Origin: Psammoneis japonica
Taxonomy: Eukaryota
Length of the DNA: 64,000 bases
Assembly (NCBI GenBank): GCA_008632985.1
Contig: QPGO01000040.1
Span: 1 to 64,000 of the forward strand
Direction of reading: 5' to 3'
Part shown: one piece after another, positions 1-13,500 of the stretch
Position numbering within the stretch: the stretch's first letter is position 1
Layout: the number at the start of each line of letters is the position of its first letter
Program-made: the position numbers and the translations under genes
Notes under the pieces: generated by a model
Databases searched by the model: none
Told to the model about the DNA's origin: nothing
The model's input: the letters and a program-made list of their open reading frames with translations, nothing else

Positions 1-570
1 TTGTTTTGGACAATCCTGTCCACGACATTCGAGCACAGCATGCACTTTCCTTGCTTGCCTGTCTTCCTCCTTCTCAAGGTGTCCTGAGCATTGTTCTTCT
101 TGCGGTTGAGTTCACTCCTGAACACCTCTTTGCATTCATCCCAGAATGCATCCGGCACAGATGCCATGCTCATTTGACTCCTGCAGAACTGTTTTCATGC
201 ACTCTCCTCCAACCGCGATGCAGCCACACACTTTCATTGATCACCTTTGTCAACATGGACCCTGTCAATTTCTCTCCGACTGCTGGAGCTTGATCCATCA
301 CATGACATCCCTCCATGGGAGTCACTGCAGAACTCGAGTCCCTGCCCGCTTGCTGGAATCGGTTCAATTTCCCGTGCTCGTTGGTTTGGACATTGAACAA
401 TCCCGCCACCGCAGGACTCATGGCAACTGTAAAGCACACCAAAGCGGCAAACTCTAACTCGTTAGTGCAACTGTCTGTTGTTGTTGTGCCATCCCCAACC
501 TGACTTACCGCTTGACGTTGCACTACCACCATCTTGCATTGTTTCTCCTGTGACCTTGTCTCTCTAGCTA
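1..570 (-). mobile_element. Fragment of a repeat/transposon accessory ORF, homologous to ~58340-58790 in opposite orientation; runs off the window edge
   Basis: ORF 170..589(-) GRDSSSAVTPMEGCHVMDQAPAVGEKLTGSMLTKVINESVW aligns with ORF 58362..59219(+) GRDSSSAVTPTEGCHATDQAPVVSKKLTSSMLKKVVNESVW; bases 1-420 lack TpA. Confidence 0.65.
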
Positions 571-740
571 GAGCTTCTATGGCAGCCATACTGTATAACT
601 ATCTTCTCACTATTTGTAAACGATTCGAAACTAGGCACACCCGGTCTCTACTGTTGACTTACTACCTTCTTAGTGTTTGCGACACAACAGAGAGAGCCAT
701 AGAACCGAAGCGAAGTGCCGTAAGGAGAACTATTGTTTCT

Positions 741-3700
741 CTACTTCTCCGAGAAGAACGCTCTAATGCTACTAGATGGCTTCTTGAAATCAGACTGCCT
801 TCTGCTCCTTTTACTGTCCTTGGGGCTTTCCTTGTGCGCTTTGGTGCCTCTTGAAGATGAACTGGAGGAAGAAACTCCTTTTCGCTTGTTACCAGAAGCA
901 AAAGGTTTATCACTGCTTGGCAAAGAAGAGAAAAACGTCCGCATTGTGGTACGCTCTCGCGTTGCCCAAGACATCGTCTTCTCATCGACAGGGGCGTAGT
1001 CCTCATCATAAAAGAGTTCTTCATTTTTTCCTCCAGCACAGCACTTTCTCGCGTCTTCCAGTTGGGCCAATACTGCTTGTAGCTTGTTGATCGGCTCATC
1101 GTTGAGTGGGAACCGGATACCTACCAATCGCTCGCCTGAGTTCGTCAGCTCCGCTCGTGCTACACGAAGCGCCCGGTCTTTCGCAAGCATCTCCCCTGCA
1201 ACCGCCTTTTCTAGTGCGGGCAGCACATGGAGAACGGCTCCAGTGGCAAGCCCAACTCGCGACTTGCGGGAGGCAATCCCAGAACTTGATTCAAAAATGT
1301 CTGAGTCGCGGTACGCCCCATCCCACAACTGCGCAAGCATGGAATACCTAGATCGCGCAAGTGCTGTTTTCGCAGCGACATCGATATTTCCAGTCTTATG
1401 GGATTCCTGTGATTCACTCAGCATTGCACGCAAATCGACAGAGCTAACGACCAAGCTATACTTGAACAGCAGGTCTTTTGACGGCATCTCAGCACCAGCT
1501 GTACCCGTGTTTGGTCGAGTGATGATCATGAGTCGAAGAGGGTCCTGGGAGCTAACGGCGTTGTCTTCGTCATCGACTTCTGGCTCGACCTTTCGTTTTG
1601 CGAATAGTACAAGCTTCCTTCCTGCAAAGAAGCGCTTGCTAACATAGAAACCAGAATCAGCAGCACCATTTTGGATCTGAGAAGTATTTCTCCCGATCGC
1701 GCCGTTTTCACTGATTTCCACGGCCATTTCGAATGAAATCCCTCTGTCTACAACTAAGCGATTCAATTTTGTTTGAGCTCTGCTTCGCACATCTACAGAG
1801 ATAAGGGTCGGCTCCATTTCCAATTCAATGCTTGTTCCATTCACAGCTTCGGCGCATCCCTCGTACTCGCCCTTAGATTTTGCAGCGGCCACGAGATCTT
1901 GAAGAGTCGAGTGAAATAGAGAGAACAACAGGTTTTGCTTAAGGACGGGTAATCCTGCAATTCGATTAAGGAAAACCCTGACGTCCCCATCCTTTGTTGA
2001 CGATTCATCTGAACCAAGTCCTACATCCGAAAATGCGTCTCGTGCAACGAAGAGAGCGTGCATGCGTCGGCCCTGATTATTCTGTTGTTGGTGACTGGGG
2101 TTCTGTCCAGTACCAACCTCGTCGAGAAAATACTTATCAAGAATGGCATTGGACTCTCGCGAAGGAGCTCCAACGTTCTTAGGGTCGCAATCTCGTACAC
2201 AAAGACAAAGGCGGGCAAGGGCCCGTCTACCATAAGCGCTATCAACATCAAACTCGGAAAGATCGGATCCCGTGGCAGCTCGTCTGTCGCCTTTGGTCAA
2301 CGCCCCCAGACTTGCCATGCGTTTGGCAACTGCAGCCCCAAACCTACGCTCTCCGCCCAGTTCGGTAACGCAGTTTTTGTATATGGGTGCACTCACTTGT
2401 CCACTTCTATGAGAACGGCCGAGCTGCTGCGTTGCGCTATCAGCCGCCCACGGAAGCTACGCAAAAAAATGAAAAAGCAGTGTGTGATACAAGTCCGTAA
2501 TGAAACGTCGCAAACCACCGCACTGAGGACGCACGCCGCAAAAACAAAAAAAATCAGCTCACCTCAATGGTAAAATGGACGCGCCGTTTATGTGCTGCTT
2601 TCGAATCGACTGATGCATGCAACGAGATCCCTGTGCTCGCGGCGTCCGAAATCACGGCGATGCTCTTTCTTCCGTCCATAAACTTTTTCTTTTCCACAAT
2701 ATTGAGACGATCACACATTTCATCTTTGCCTGTCGGCATACTGAGACCAAACGTTTTTGAGCTGGAGACAGGATCAGCACGTTTCACATAGTGGTAACGT
2801 GTCCGCTTGTTTGGGTCCTTTTGTGGATATCTTACTATCCGTCCAGATCTCCCCGTAAGCTCCGCAACCTAAGAGACATAAAGGAGAATACGAGCACGAC
2901 GCGTGAGCTAATCTCGACAAGAAGTACAAGGGCCATTTTTTGTCAACCAACGCAAGAAATAAGTGAACGTACCTCATCAACACCACCAAGTCGCTCGATC
3001 AAATCATCTAATGGATTAGGTGGGAGAGGAAGTTGTCTCGCTTGAGCAAGGATTTGACACCTTCTCTCGAGAAGCTCAGGGATTAAAGGTGGCGGTGGCA
3101 ATGACTTGATATGTTCAGCTTCTGCCTGTAGCTTCATGTACACTAGGCGCTCTGTTTCGGTCGCAAAGCCGTTCGGCGGCAGTGGGGGCACATTTGGCGG
3201 CGAAGGCGGCGTGCAAGCTACGGGAAAATGCCTCTTTACAAATCCAATCATGGTGGACCGCGCCGTGGAAAGAAGAGACGGAAGCAAGACATCCGTCGCA
3301 TCGATTGAATTGTCTCTCTCGCAACTTTTCCCATCGCCAACAGTGACGTTGTGTTGTTCACCCCAATCCTCCAGGGCTACTTGTGTACTAGCCTCCCCAG
3401 TGCTTTGAAGTCCAATCACAATGGCATGTCCATTTTCGAGATACTCTTTTGCCTCATTTGCAACGCGTGGTATTTTTGCACATACATTCATTTCACGGAA
3501 GAATCGTAGATGCGCAGCCCAATAGTTCTTCCAGATATTGGTTTGACCTTGTGATTGAGATGATGAGCTGATAATGTTGAGGGCATTCTGAACCTCCTTT
3601 TGCAAATTGACCCACCACTTGACTGCCTCGTCGTAAACGGAACGTTGCTCAAAGGACAAGGGCACCTCTAAGGTTTCAAACTCCGCTCCCTCCCAAGAGA

Positions 3701-5085
3701 GTGTTCGAGCAACAAACATTCCTGCTTGCTTCATTTCACATGCTAGTAGTTCCAATGCCCCCATGGAGCCATTGCCATTACGATTTAGTGCTTGAGAAAA
3801 CGACTCGAACGTAGGATAGAGCGTTCCACTACCTGGTCCCCAAAGCCCCAATCGATTCGCGTAAACAAGATGTGATAGATCTGACACCCCCGTCGCGGAG
3901 CAGTACAAAATTCGAGCCATGGGTAGACGCTCTTGCAGCGCAACCACACGTTGAGCCGTTTGCGTATCGGCAACTTGCAGATTCTTTGCCTTGTGTGCTT
4001 CATCAAAGACAATCACGCCAGAGAAGCTTCTTGCAGCTTCAATGGCATCTTTTTGTTTCAAAGAAGATCCCGTGGCAAGCCATGAAATGATTTCTTCCAT
4101 ACGTTTGCCTTGTCCCGATACCAACAAGGCATATGTCACAAATAAGACACCCCGATTGGACGAGGAAGTCTTGTTTTTCCCCAAAACATCATTTGCTTGA
4201 TGGACAGGACAATTGATGCAACCAACATCGTTCAAATCCCGTTTTGCATCCAAATGCAAGTCCCGACTGGCGGAGATCCATAAATGCCTTGTTCTTCCTC
4301 GAAAGAGAGAATCTGCCAATACAGCTGCAATCTGGCGCCCTTTACCGATGCCTGCACCATCACCCAAAAAGAAACCTGAGCGATAGGATTTGTTGGAATG
4401 ATTGTTTGCTACCGAAGGAGCACAGCGAAAGATGCGTTGGTGCCTAGTAATAGCCAAGGCTGCACCCTCTAATTGTAGCGGAGACAAGACCTATCACAAT
4501 GGCAAACAGAAATTCGTAGTTAACGTAAGCATCAACAAAACAGTACAAGACAAACGAACACAGGAGAGTCCTTATGCGCACCTTGTTCTTTGCCAGCTTT
4601 ATCAGACACTCAGCACTTTCTCCTGAAGCAGTCGGTGCAGCAACACTAGCCAGAAGCGCCGACTCACACGCAGGAAATGTATGAGAAGGGATCTTATCGA
4701 AAATGCTGTTTGTAAGTTCGGGAGTACTAGAGTCGTCCTCCTCAGATTTGCTGCAGAGAGACGCTGCAGTATCTTTCGGAGTAGACGCTGCAGTATCTTT
4801 CGATGGCTCCTCGTCATCGCTGTCCAGAATCTCAATAACCTTATTTTGCATATGATCAGTAGAGGCCGCTGGTTTCTTTGCCTCTTCTACAGTGTCGTCA
4901 CTTATGTCGTCTTTGGTCGCTACGATTGCAGCTAAAAGACTCTGAGGCAACGCAGTGGGCACATACGTTGAAAACGTGTCAATCGCTTCTCCCTCTCCCT
5001 CGACGTCATCCTCCTTTTTCTCTGGAACAACCGGTGGCGTTACAGTAGCCGGCCGCGGTGGTACTATCGGTGTCGTTGACGCCAT
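741..5085 (-). CDS. SBNO: Strawberry notch family (SBNO/FORGETTER1-like) helicase-related protein, about 4 exons (approx. 5085-4581, 4489-2972, 2882-2562, 2457-741)
   Basis: Motifs GFFLGDGAGIGKGRQ, DEAHKAKN, YCSATG, GLQSTGE, NPLDDLIERLGG, IAVISDAASTGISLH, RRVHFTIE, GGERRF..VAKRMASLGALTKGDRRA spread over consecutive minus-strand ORFs separated by GT-AG introns. Confidence 0.92.
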
Positions 5086-5836
5086 GATGTTGATATGCGC
5101 AACAGACTGCGATGCAACACATACAGTACAACAGCGGCGGAAAGTGCGATGCATTTGCGGAAAGTGAATGAGGTGATCGCAGAGACTCAGAGAACCCGCC
5201 GGGGAGCGCGGCAACACGCGCAGCTCGCTGCGCTTCAAAAATGGCGCGCGGCATGGAATGCGAATTCAGAATGGCGCGATCGGCTCTCTGCCGCCCGGTG
5301 GCCTGCTCTGCTCTACAAGCAGCTGCTCTCTGCTCTCTCTCTCTAGAGCTGGAGCAAGAGCAGGGCCCCACAGTGTGTTCGATGTGCACACCAACTGTGA
5401 CAAAGACATTGTGATTGTCATTTGTGAGCATCGTGTGTGCGTGCGGACCTCCAGCTCATGTTTTGTGACACTGCTCGCAAAACCATCCGAAATCCAGATG
5501 TGCCACGATGTTGCTGGTGGAAACTGCTGGCAAAACCAATTCACAACCAATGTGTTGTTGTGACACACCATGGGTGTCAAACTTTTTCTTCTTGAGAACT
5601 TCAACTCAGCAGTGCCCATCTGGTGAGCAGCTCACCCCAAGCAGATTTTTCTGCGTGTTTTGCAGGGCGCACCAAGTTGCCTCAGTTGCAGACAGACATT
5701 TTCTCACTCAAATGATCTGAGAATTTCTGGAACTGCACTTCAGTCTGCAGCTCACCACAAAAATCAAGACTTCCTCCTTGGCGCTCTTGTGGCTGCAGCG
5801 CGCCATCATCAGCCCACTCTGTGCCTCGTTTTGTTG

Positions 5837-6003
5837 ATGCGGCAAAGCACTGTGTCTTGCATTGGCAATCAAGGCAATCATGCAATGGACAGATGTGGCA
5901 AAGCACTGTCTCATTGGCAATCAAGGCAACCATGCAATGGACAGATGTGGCAAAGCACTGTGTCAGCACATTGACAATCAATGCAACCACCACACAATGG
6001 ACA
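5837..6003 (+). repeat. Tandem repeat, 3 x ~55 bp
   Basis: Unit gatgtggcaaagcactgtgtc..cattggcaatcaaggcaa(t/c)catgcaatggaca occurs three times with variation. Confidence 0.85.
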
Positions 6004-7428
6004 CGTGGCCATTGTCAAACAAGAGCTCCAGCACAAGCTTTTGGACAACACAAGCCCCTTGTGTGTGTCAAGGCTGCCCACATTGAGCTGGTGCTGCCCC
6101 ACAACATTGCCAGCAACACTGCTCCCAGTGCTGTGCCCATCAAAAATGAAGCCTCCAGCAAATCTTTTGCAGTGCTCCTGCACCCAACAGCATGAATGAA
6201 CCCAAGCCAGCCGTGGCCCAAGATGTGCTCAAGACATTTTTGGAGATCCAGCCAGAGATCATCCAGCTGGCCTTTTTGTCAGACATGCACAGCATTTTTT
6301 TGTTGGTCAAAGTGGGCAGCCTCACCTCCTGTGCCAAAGATGTGCTGTGGGCCCAACATGCTCAGCCCCCCTTGAAGTGCTTGCACCAACTCCTGACTTT
6401 TGACTGTGCTCCAAATGAACAACAACAAGTGCCTGTCATGGCTGCAGCTCCACATGTGCAAGCCGGCTCAATGCAACCACCACAACATCATGACCGTGCC
6501 GACTGCCAACCGCCCCGTTGTCAGACCACAATGGAGATGGGAAGAAGAAAGAGCAAGATTGTGCCAAAAGACAACCACCACAGGGGTGCTGTGGGGTCAC
6601 ACAAAATGGGAACGTTGCTCATGGCCCATGTTGTGTTTGCAACTGCTGGTTGTCGTCTTGTGTCCAAAATGGGAATGTGTGATTTTGATGTGTCGAGTTG
6701 CCCACAATCCGTCTGCCAGTTGTCGTCGCCATTCTTCGGACCTGCAGTGCAGTTTTGCTGGCAATGTTTGCCTGGATTGTCCCTGCAACTAATTTTGCCA
6801 CTCAACTTGAATGTCTGCAAAGTCAAAAAGGGAAAAATGCAAACTTTCAAGAGTCATGAGGATGTCGGTTTGCCGGAACATGGCACTGTGCCTTGACCCA
6901 TTTCTTTCCTTTCCAACGCTCTCATTGAGCGGCCTCTGTGCTGTGTTCGTGTTGACTTGACACATGCCGTTTTTCCATGGTTCTCTCAACAACTTCTTGG
7001 TGTTCAGTGGCGACAAAGCAAACGGATCTTTGCTTGACTTCTTTCACTGCCGTTGACTTTTCTTTGCTTGGCTCACAGCCAAAAGGCAGCACATGCCCGC
7101 GGCGATTGCATTTTGCACTTTGCTTTTCAAAGACTTGAAATCCACAAGACACAGCTCTTCAAATTCTAGATCAGCTGTGAGCGAACGGAAGTCTGCTGCT
7201 TTCTTGATGATGGTGCTGTTCTTTTGTTTCTTTTTGTGTTGGCTTGGCTCCTTCGATGCTCCAACAACTTCAGCAAAAGCTTCCAAAATGGACATTTGCT
7301 TCTGGGTGCAATTCTTCTCAATTGACTTTTCCATTGGCGTTCTTGTGGAAAATTTGTGAACCATTGGCACCAAACTTTGCAATGGTGACAACGGTCTTCA
7401 ACAGCAGAAGAGTTGGACACTGCCAGGT

Positions 7429-7874
7429 GCAGCATGCATGCAGACAAAAGGTTGTTTTGTCACGCCCTTTGTGACATTTAAAGGCTGTAACACGGCTCGC
7501 CGTGATGCATTGACTCTTGTTAGCAGCTGCACATTGCACTCCTCCCCATGCATCACGCGTCCATGCGGCTCTTTACTAACGTGTGCTGACACTGCACGGT
7601 TTTGGCGGAACAGTGTGGGTGCGTACGAAGGAACATGCAGAACTGCACAGAGTTTTACGCGTTCGACAGTGATCAACGTTGCTGCAGACAACTCCCACTC
7701 GGGTTTCGAACCCCTGGCCTCCTGCCTGGTGGTTGCGATGTGCCACTCCGCTGTGAATTCACAACGCAGCATGCACGCAGACAAAAGGTTATTTTGTCAC
7801 GCCCTTTGTGACATTTAAAGGCTGCAACACGTCGCCGTGATGCATCAACTCTCATTGGCAGCTGCACATTGCAC
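7429..7874. repeat. Pair of ~110-bp direct repeats (7429-7539, 7766-7874) flanking a tRNA-like segment
   Basis: gcagcatgca(t/c)gcagacaaaaggtt(g/a)ttttgtcacgccctttgtgacatttaaaggctg...gcagctgcacattgcac occurs twice. Confidence 0.85.
7692..7756 (-). pseudogene. tRNA-derived sequence (SINE head or tRNA pseudogene)
   Basis: Minus strand reads TCACAGCGGAGTGG (A-box-like) ... GGGGTTCGAAACCC (B-box/T-arm) at tRNA-like spacing; anticodon arm not recognisable. Confidence 0.5.
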
Positions 7875-8089
7875 AGGACCCCGCGAATCCACACAACAAA
7901 TTTTTGCACCAACGTTTCTAGCTGAACAGCTTGGCTGGATCGTGCGTTCCCAAGCTTGGAAAGGTGGTGGAGACGGGCCTCTGCCACTCAAAAATTTTGG
8001 CGCGCTTCCACACGTGCACACAAATTGTCACAGTTGGATGGCTTGCACTCTCATCCTTCTGGGACCTGAGCCGATCATTGTTCTTGCAG

Positions 8090-9115
8090 CAGAGTGCCAT
8101 GCAGAGGCAACCTTCTCCACCACACTGCCAGCAAAAGTGACATTGGCACTTTGTGCAATGCGTGTGATTGCAGCCTTGTTCCCTCTGGATGGGGAAGGAG
8201 CGCCACGGGCATGGCTTGGAATGACCCAGCAGCCAGTTGCACGTGGCGCACTCGGCACCCGCCTCAGCCGAATCAACAGTGTCCCAAAGCTTCTTGTGGG
8301 AGGAGCAACTCATGCCAGGGTGTGATTGATTGGCGCCACAATCAGCGCGCGCCGTTTCTCCACAGCGACACTGTAGAAGATTCCATCCAGGCTGTTCTGT
8401 CAGCTCCATTGAGCTGGTGAGAGGCACTCCACAGTTGGCCGCCCACCAAACTTTCTGCATGCAAGTTCTGTCTTGTTCTTGATGAGTCTCTCAAAGACCA
8501 ATCGGTGCTCGACAGCACCACTTTCCTCATGCAGAACATGGGCAGCGTCGAGCAAATCAGTCGTCGTGAAACAAGAAGGTGGGGGTCAAGGCAGGTTGGC
8601 ACAGTCTGCTGATTTTGCTCTTGTTGCAAGGTGTGTGGACCAGCATTCTCTGCAAACCCTGTGGTTGCATCTCAGGAGAGAGGACACAGAAGTGTCACTG
8701 CTTGCTTGCTCGAAACAAACGATGCAAGCATCTGAATTCCAAGCAGGCATCTCTTCTGCTTCTGTGACTTGAAGGGTCAAGTCTGAGTCCTGTCGATTGA
8801 AACAATTCCTGAAGTGCTGAGATCCCTTGAAGGGGCCCCTGACTTGGACACCGCAGCATTTGAATGACTTGGAAAGCATTGCACTCATCATGTTTTCTGG
8901 TTCACACGAAGCCTTTCATCAATCCAGTTCATTTTGCAGTGCTTTTCTTTCCATTCCTCCATTCGCAACTGCCTCCTTGCAGGTGTCACAAAAGGGTGCA
9001 AATGCTCCAGGTGATGGATGGTTCTGAAGATTTCGCAGAACATGTTTTTGCAAGCTTTCCACAATTTTCCGGGACATGAGAGGCTGTCAGGAACAACCAA
9101 GGATGAGTGGGACAA
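8090..9115 (-). pseudogene. RBR (RING-IBR-RING, Ariadne-like) E3 ubiquitin ligase relic, frameshifted and TpA-edited
   Basis: RING1 CIVCFE...CNHRVCRECWSTHL (ORF 8586..8891); IBR/RING2 HPGMSC...SKPCP...IQREQGCNHTHCTKCQCHFCWQCG (ORF 7918..8460); pieces lie in different frames. Confidence 0.8.
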
Positions 9116-9934
9116 CTGTCACCTTGGAAAGTGAAATCAGTGCGGCCACCATTGTTGTTGGTGATTCAATGAGGACTGCAGCTCAAAGATCAGGTCCAAG
9201 TGTGGAGCGAATGAATGTTCTTGGTGGCAGAGAGTGGAGCAACACAGTTTGAGGAGACAAAAAAATGCTTTCTCCAACAGCAGTTCTTGGACACAAAGAG
9301 CTGTTGTCCTGGCAGAATGATGTCTGAAGAGCATGTAGAAGGGAAAGATGGGGAGGGAAATTTTCTGATTTGGACCGCAAACTGTGGGACAGAGGCCTGG
9401 GAGGCATCGTTGAAATTGACCGTGGTTTCTCGGTCGGGCAAAGAATGGGCAGCTCTGGAAAATCTTCTTTCACGGATGCAGCTGGTGTCTTTTCACTCTT
9501 ACAATGGACCAAGCTGTCCTCAAGAAGAGCGCAGATGTCAACAGTTGGCTCATGACATGCGCCGCTGGGACCATCATTGTCAGCGAGATCGCACTCTTCC
9601 TCCAAGTGCCGATGATCATCCCACAACAACTCCTCCTCCAGTTGGAGCTGTGCCTCCTCTCTTGTCTCTTTTCTGCAAGAATCCTTTGTCTTGAACATCA
9701 TGGCAAGGCAATCTGTTTCTGTCCACTTGTTTTGAAAATTGTGGTCTTCTTGTCCGCACTTGTGGGAAACACTCTCGTTCCCTCGTTTGTTGATGCATGT
9801 CTTGAAAGTGACAAGAGAAACTGCCCATTGCATTTGGAACACATGGTGAGCTGTTGCATTTGGTGTCTGTTGATGTGACCATCCATCCATCCGTCACCTC
9901 ATTTCCTTCCTGGGCATGAAAACTGCCCGCAACT

Positions 9935-10075
9935 GCTTTGTGCGCATGGGGCTCATTGGCATGAACAAACAAGCCTTGGCCCTGTGACAGTTCTACAATG
10001 TTGAAAATGAGGGGCATGAAGATGACAATGTCGCCGGGAAATTGTTCCTTCAATTTCAAGATCAGTTTTTCCACA
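9935..10075 (-). pseudogene. Fragment of type I mannose-6-phosphate isomerase
   Basis: LKEQFPGDIVIFMPLIFNIVELSQGQGLFVHANEPHAH matches the PMI motif YPGDxG.F....LN...L.PG.A.F..ANEPHAY, with the final Y read as H. Confidence 0.7.
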
Positions 10076-10266
10076 TTGCTGTGGTTGGCACAGGCAGCTC
10101 TTCAATGCCATTGACTCAGAGTCAAAGTCAGTTGTCAGCACATGACCCACCAAGTTGGAGGTGTGCATGGTTTGTCACTGTGGTGCATGGGCTTGGTGGG
10201 ATGGCATCATCAAAAGGAGGGATCTCAAAGCCACCATGTGTTGTGTTGCAAGCCTGTCATGCAGTG

Positions 10267-10542
10267 TGACAGAAAATGAAGGTGAATGGCAAGAATTCAA
10301 ACAACAACTCCTTGCTGCTGTCTAAACAGCAGATGAGTCTCCGCTCAGAGACCGTTGCAGGAGCCGAAAGATGTGCAAGTCGGCACAATCGGGCTACTGT
10401 CATTGTTCTTGTGAGCCTTGTGGCTCGAAAGCAAACTACATCGCACGTGAACGCGCGGAACTAAAGCACACAAAACTGTGCACGGTAAACTAAACAGCGC
10501 GCGATGCTTCGCGCGCATCCAAATCCTGTTCAAATCCTGTCA
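10267..10542 (-). repeat. 3' LTR of copy A
   Basis: Reverse complement of tgacaggatttgaacagg...cattttctgtca; preceded on the minus strand by the PPT aactggggag. Confidence 0.95.
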
Positions 10543-13500
10543 CTCCCCAGTTTGCTTGAGGAGCCACAGAAACAGATTCGACTTCGGATGGAATGAAGTT
10601 CCAGAACATGAGGGGTCGGAGAAGGTCCCAGATTTGGGAGCAACCCCAATGCTTGCTGAGAATGTCAGCAGGGTTGCGGGATCCTTCGATGAAGTGGAAC
10701 TCAAGGCAACCAGAGGCAATTGCCTCACGCACACGGTGGAACGACAGTGTGGTGTGTCGCTTGTGTAACTTGGAGTGCGGGATGGTGGCACTGTCTACAA
10801 CCGACTTGTTGTCACCGAACATGCAACTGACATCACGGATCGGGACGCCAAGGCAGCGCAGGGTGATGCGCAGGTCGACAATCTGCTCAACACAATTCCT
10901 TGCGGCAACAAATTCAGATCCGCAGGTTGCAGTCTCCACGGTGGCTTGTTTCTTGGAGAACCAATCAGCCGGGAATTTGTTGAGGAAGTGGAGCATTCCC
11001 ATGACAGAGCGTCCGGTGAGCATGCAATGGCACAAGTTTGCATCGACGCAGTGGGTGGCAGTGACGAACTTGCCAAGGGGCGGTGGAGCGTCCTTCGGGA
11101 TCATCTCTTCTGCTTCACCACACACGGAATGCATCCATTCGTAGGCCGGAGCAGGGAGATCCGAATGGTCGGGCTCTTCCGTGCGAACGCGGAGAGCACC
11201 GTGTCGCATCTTGGAGAGGCACCCACAGACGCATTTGGCACGATCCAAGTGGCCTTGACGGGGCGCAGCTCGGAAGCTAGAGAGTGACATGACGGCCGTG
11301 GAATGTCAATTCGACCAAGGGACACTGCCCATTGGAGTGAACCAACAAGAGACTGGAACTTGTGAATGCCATCGGGTCCCAGCAGTTCGGAAGTGTCCAG
11401 TTCGGGGTGGTCACCCTTCTCTAGAGGTGACAGGGCGTTGGTGGCAGGTTTCTCCCCAAACAGTCGGGCGCAGCTGTCGACCATGCGCTCGATGTACTTG
11501 CGCGGAGACAGGCACAAGGTTCCGTCGGGGTCCCGGGAAAAGTCGCAACCCAGATGGAACTCAATGGGTCCCGCACCCTTGAGCTTGAACTTGCACTTTT
11601 CCGTGAGAGTGTCGATGAAAGATTGAGGGTCCTTCATGGCAATGGCGAGGTCATCCACATAAACGGCAATGTGTTCACAGTGGTCGCCGTTCCTGCGCAT
11701 CCAAATGTCGGGTTCGGCGCGGCAGGGGAAGAAGCCTTCAGCTCGCAGGCAGTCGGCGAAGCGCTCGTGCCAGCGGAGACCGGAGCTGCGGAGTCCATGC
11801 AGTGCCTTGTGGATGACAAGGATGTGTCCTTCGAGTTTGCCAAATTCGGGTCCAGCTACAATGTAAAGCTTCTCCTTGGTGGTGGCTTCAAGGTGGGCAT
11901 TGCCAATGTCGGTGGCCCATGTCTCCAGCTCGTTGAGTTCGGCCAGGAAAATCATCAGCCGAAGGCCACGAAGGGAGACTGCTCCGGAGTGGACACTGTC
12001 GACAGGTACGTCCGTGAGGTGCCCGTCGGCTACGAGTCGTGCCTTGTGGCGACCGTCGTGTTTCACGTCGTGCACCAGGTGCACTCGGATCTTCTTGTGT
12101 CCCGCAGGAGGAGTGGAAGACTTGAAGGGCCCGCAGTCATGGAAGACTTCGTATTTGTCGAGTTGGTCCATCTCGAGATTAGTTGCGTCTCCCCACTTGC
12201 GGTTGCCGTTGCGTTCGTCTGGTGACATGGCGTGTTTGCAGTTCCGGGGAACTTCGCATCCGCACTTGCAGCGAGGTGCAGTGCGGAAGGAGCGAAGCTT
12301 GGCTTGGTTGGCCATGCGAAATAGCTTCTTTTGGCACCTCGCGATGGTGCGGAACCGCTTCCATCCATCCGTGTCGAGGAGTCCGTTCTCTCGTGCACAG
12401 ATGGCACAGGTGACGGGGTCGTCCTTGGCGATGATGGCAAGAGGCTCGGACGTGATCTCCCCACTTTCCCATTCAAGCATGATGTTGTAGCTTGAGCCTT
12501 TCCAGGTTGGGTCGTGAGGCTTCAGAGGGCCTTCGTGTGACACGATGCGTCGAAATTTCCAAACAGTGGTGTCTTCGTCTTCTTGCTCAATGTGATTCAT
12601 GATGTCATTGCAGGCAAGGACTTCCTCGTATTCGTCATTGTTGACAGAGCAGACGAACTCAGTGAGCTCGGGATTGCCGTTCACTTTCCATTCGTGGTCT
12701 TCGACGGCCTTGACGATGCGAGCTCTGTGGCGTTGTCCGTCCTCTTGTGGCTGCATGAGGAAGGTACGTCCAATGATGTCTTGCGGATCGAAAACTGGCA
12801 TCTTGGGTGTCCTGATCTCCCCATCAGGAGAATCGACGGGGTTGTCGTCATGGCGAGATTTGATGATGGGTGCAGGTGGCTCCCCATCAGGAGGATCAAG
12901 ACGCAGGTTTCGAACGGCAGGATCGGGGGTGGCGGAGCGAACGTTGGACCGGCAGGGGATCTTCTGAGTCTCGTCAGATAGAATCTTGAAGGTCATCTGG
13001 TGGCCGACGTGCTCAGCAATGCCAACGAAGCGTCCACGCAACTCACGAGATTTGGACGGCCAATCGGAGTCATCGAGGTGGAAGTGCACTGGTTCCCACC
13101 AGTGAAAGCGAAGCAATGGGCTGATGTCCGGGGTGGATCCAGTGAGAGTCTCGAGGGGCGTGCGCCAGTGGAGACGTGGGGATGCTGTGTGGTTGAGTGT
13201 GAAGCACACGTGCATGAGCGCCAGCAGCCATGTGTGGGCGGGCGAACCAAAGCGGTCCATGACAGTGTTCGCCATGCGCTTCACAGTCTGGCATCGACGC
13301 TCGGCAAAGTTTTGGTGTTGCTGGTGAGGCTCACTTTGCCAGCTGGAGATGAAGAGGGCGCGCAGGATCCCGAGCACTTTGTTGCTGATCTCAACTTGAG
13401 CACGGTCGCTAATGAGTTTGGATGGGGCACCACATTCACGGATCTGATCCTCGAGTGTGTTGACAAACTCTTTGTCCGTCTCAGTGCCGTAGACATCAGT

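Larger units (their letters stand above)
5350..10266. other. Degenerate TpA-depleted repeat/pseudogene block; continues at 17377-17897 and 22776-~23600 on the far side of the Copia insertions
   Basis: Near absence of TA, TG/CA-rich, many short Cys/His-rich ORFs in all frames; TSDs show the Copia elements inserted into it. Confidence 0.75.
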
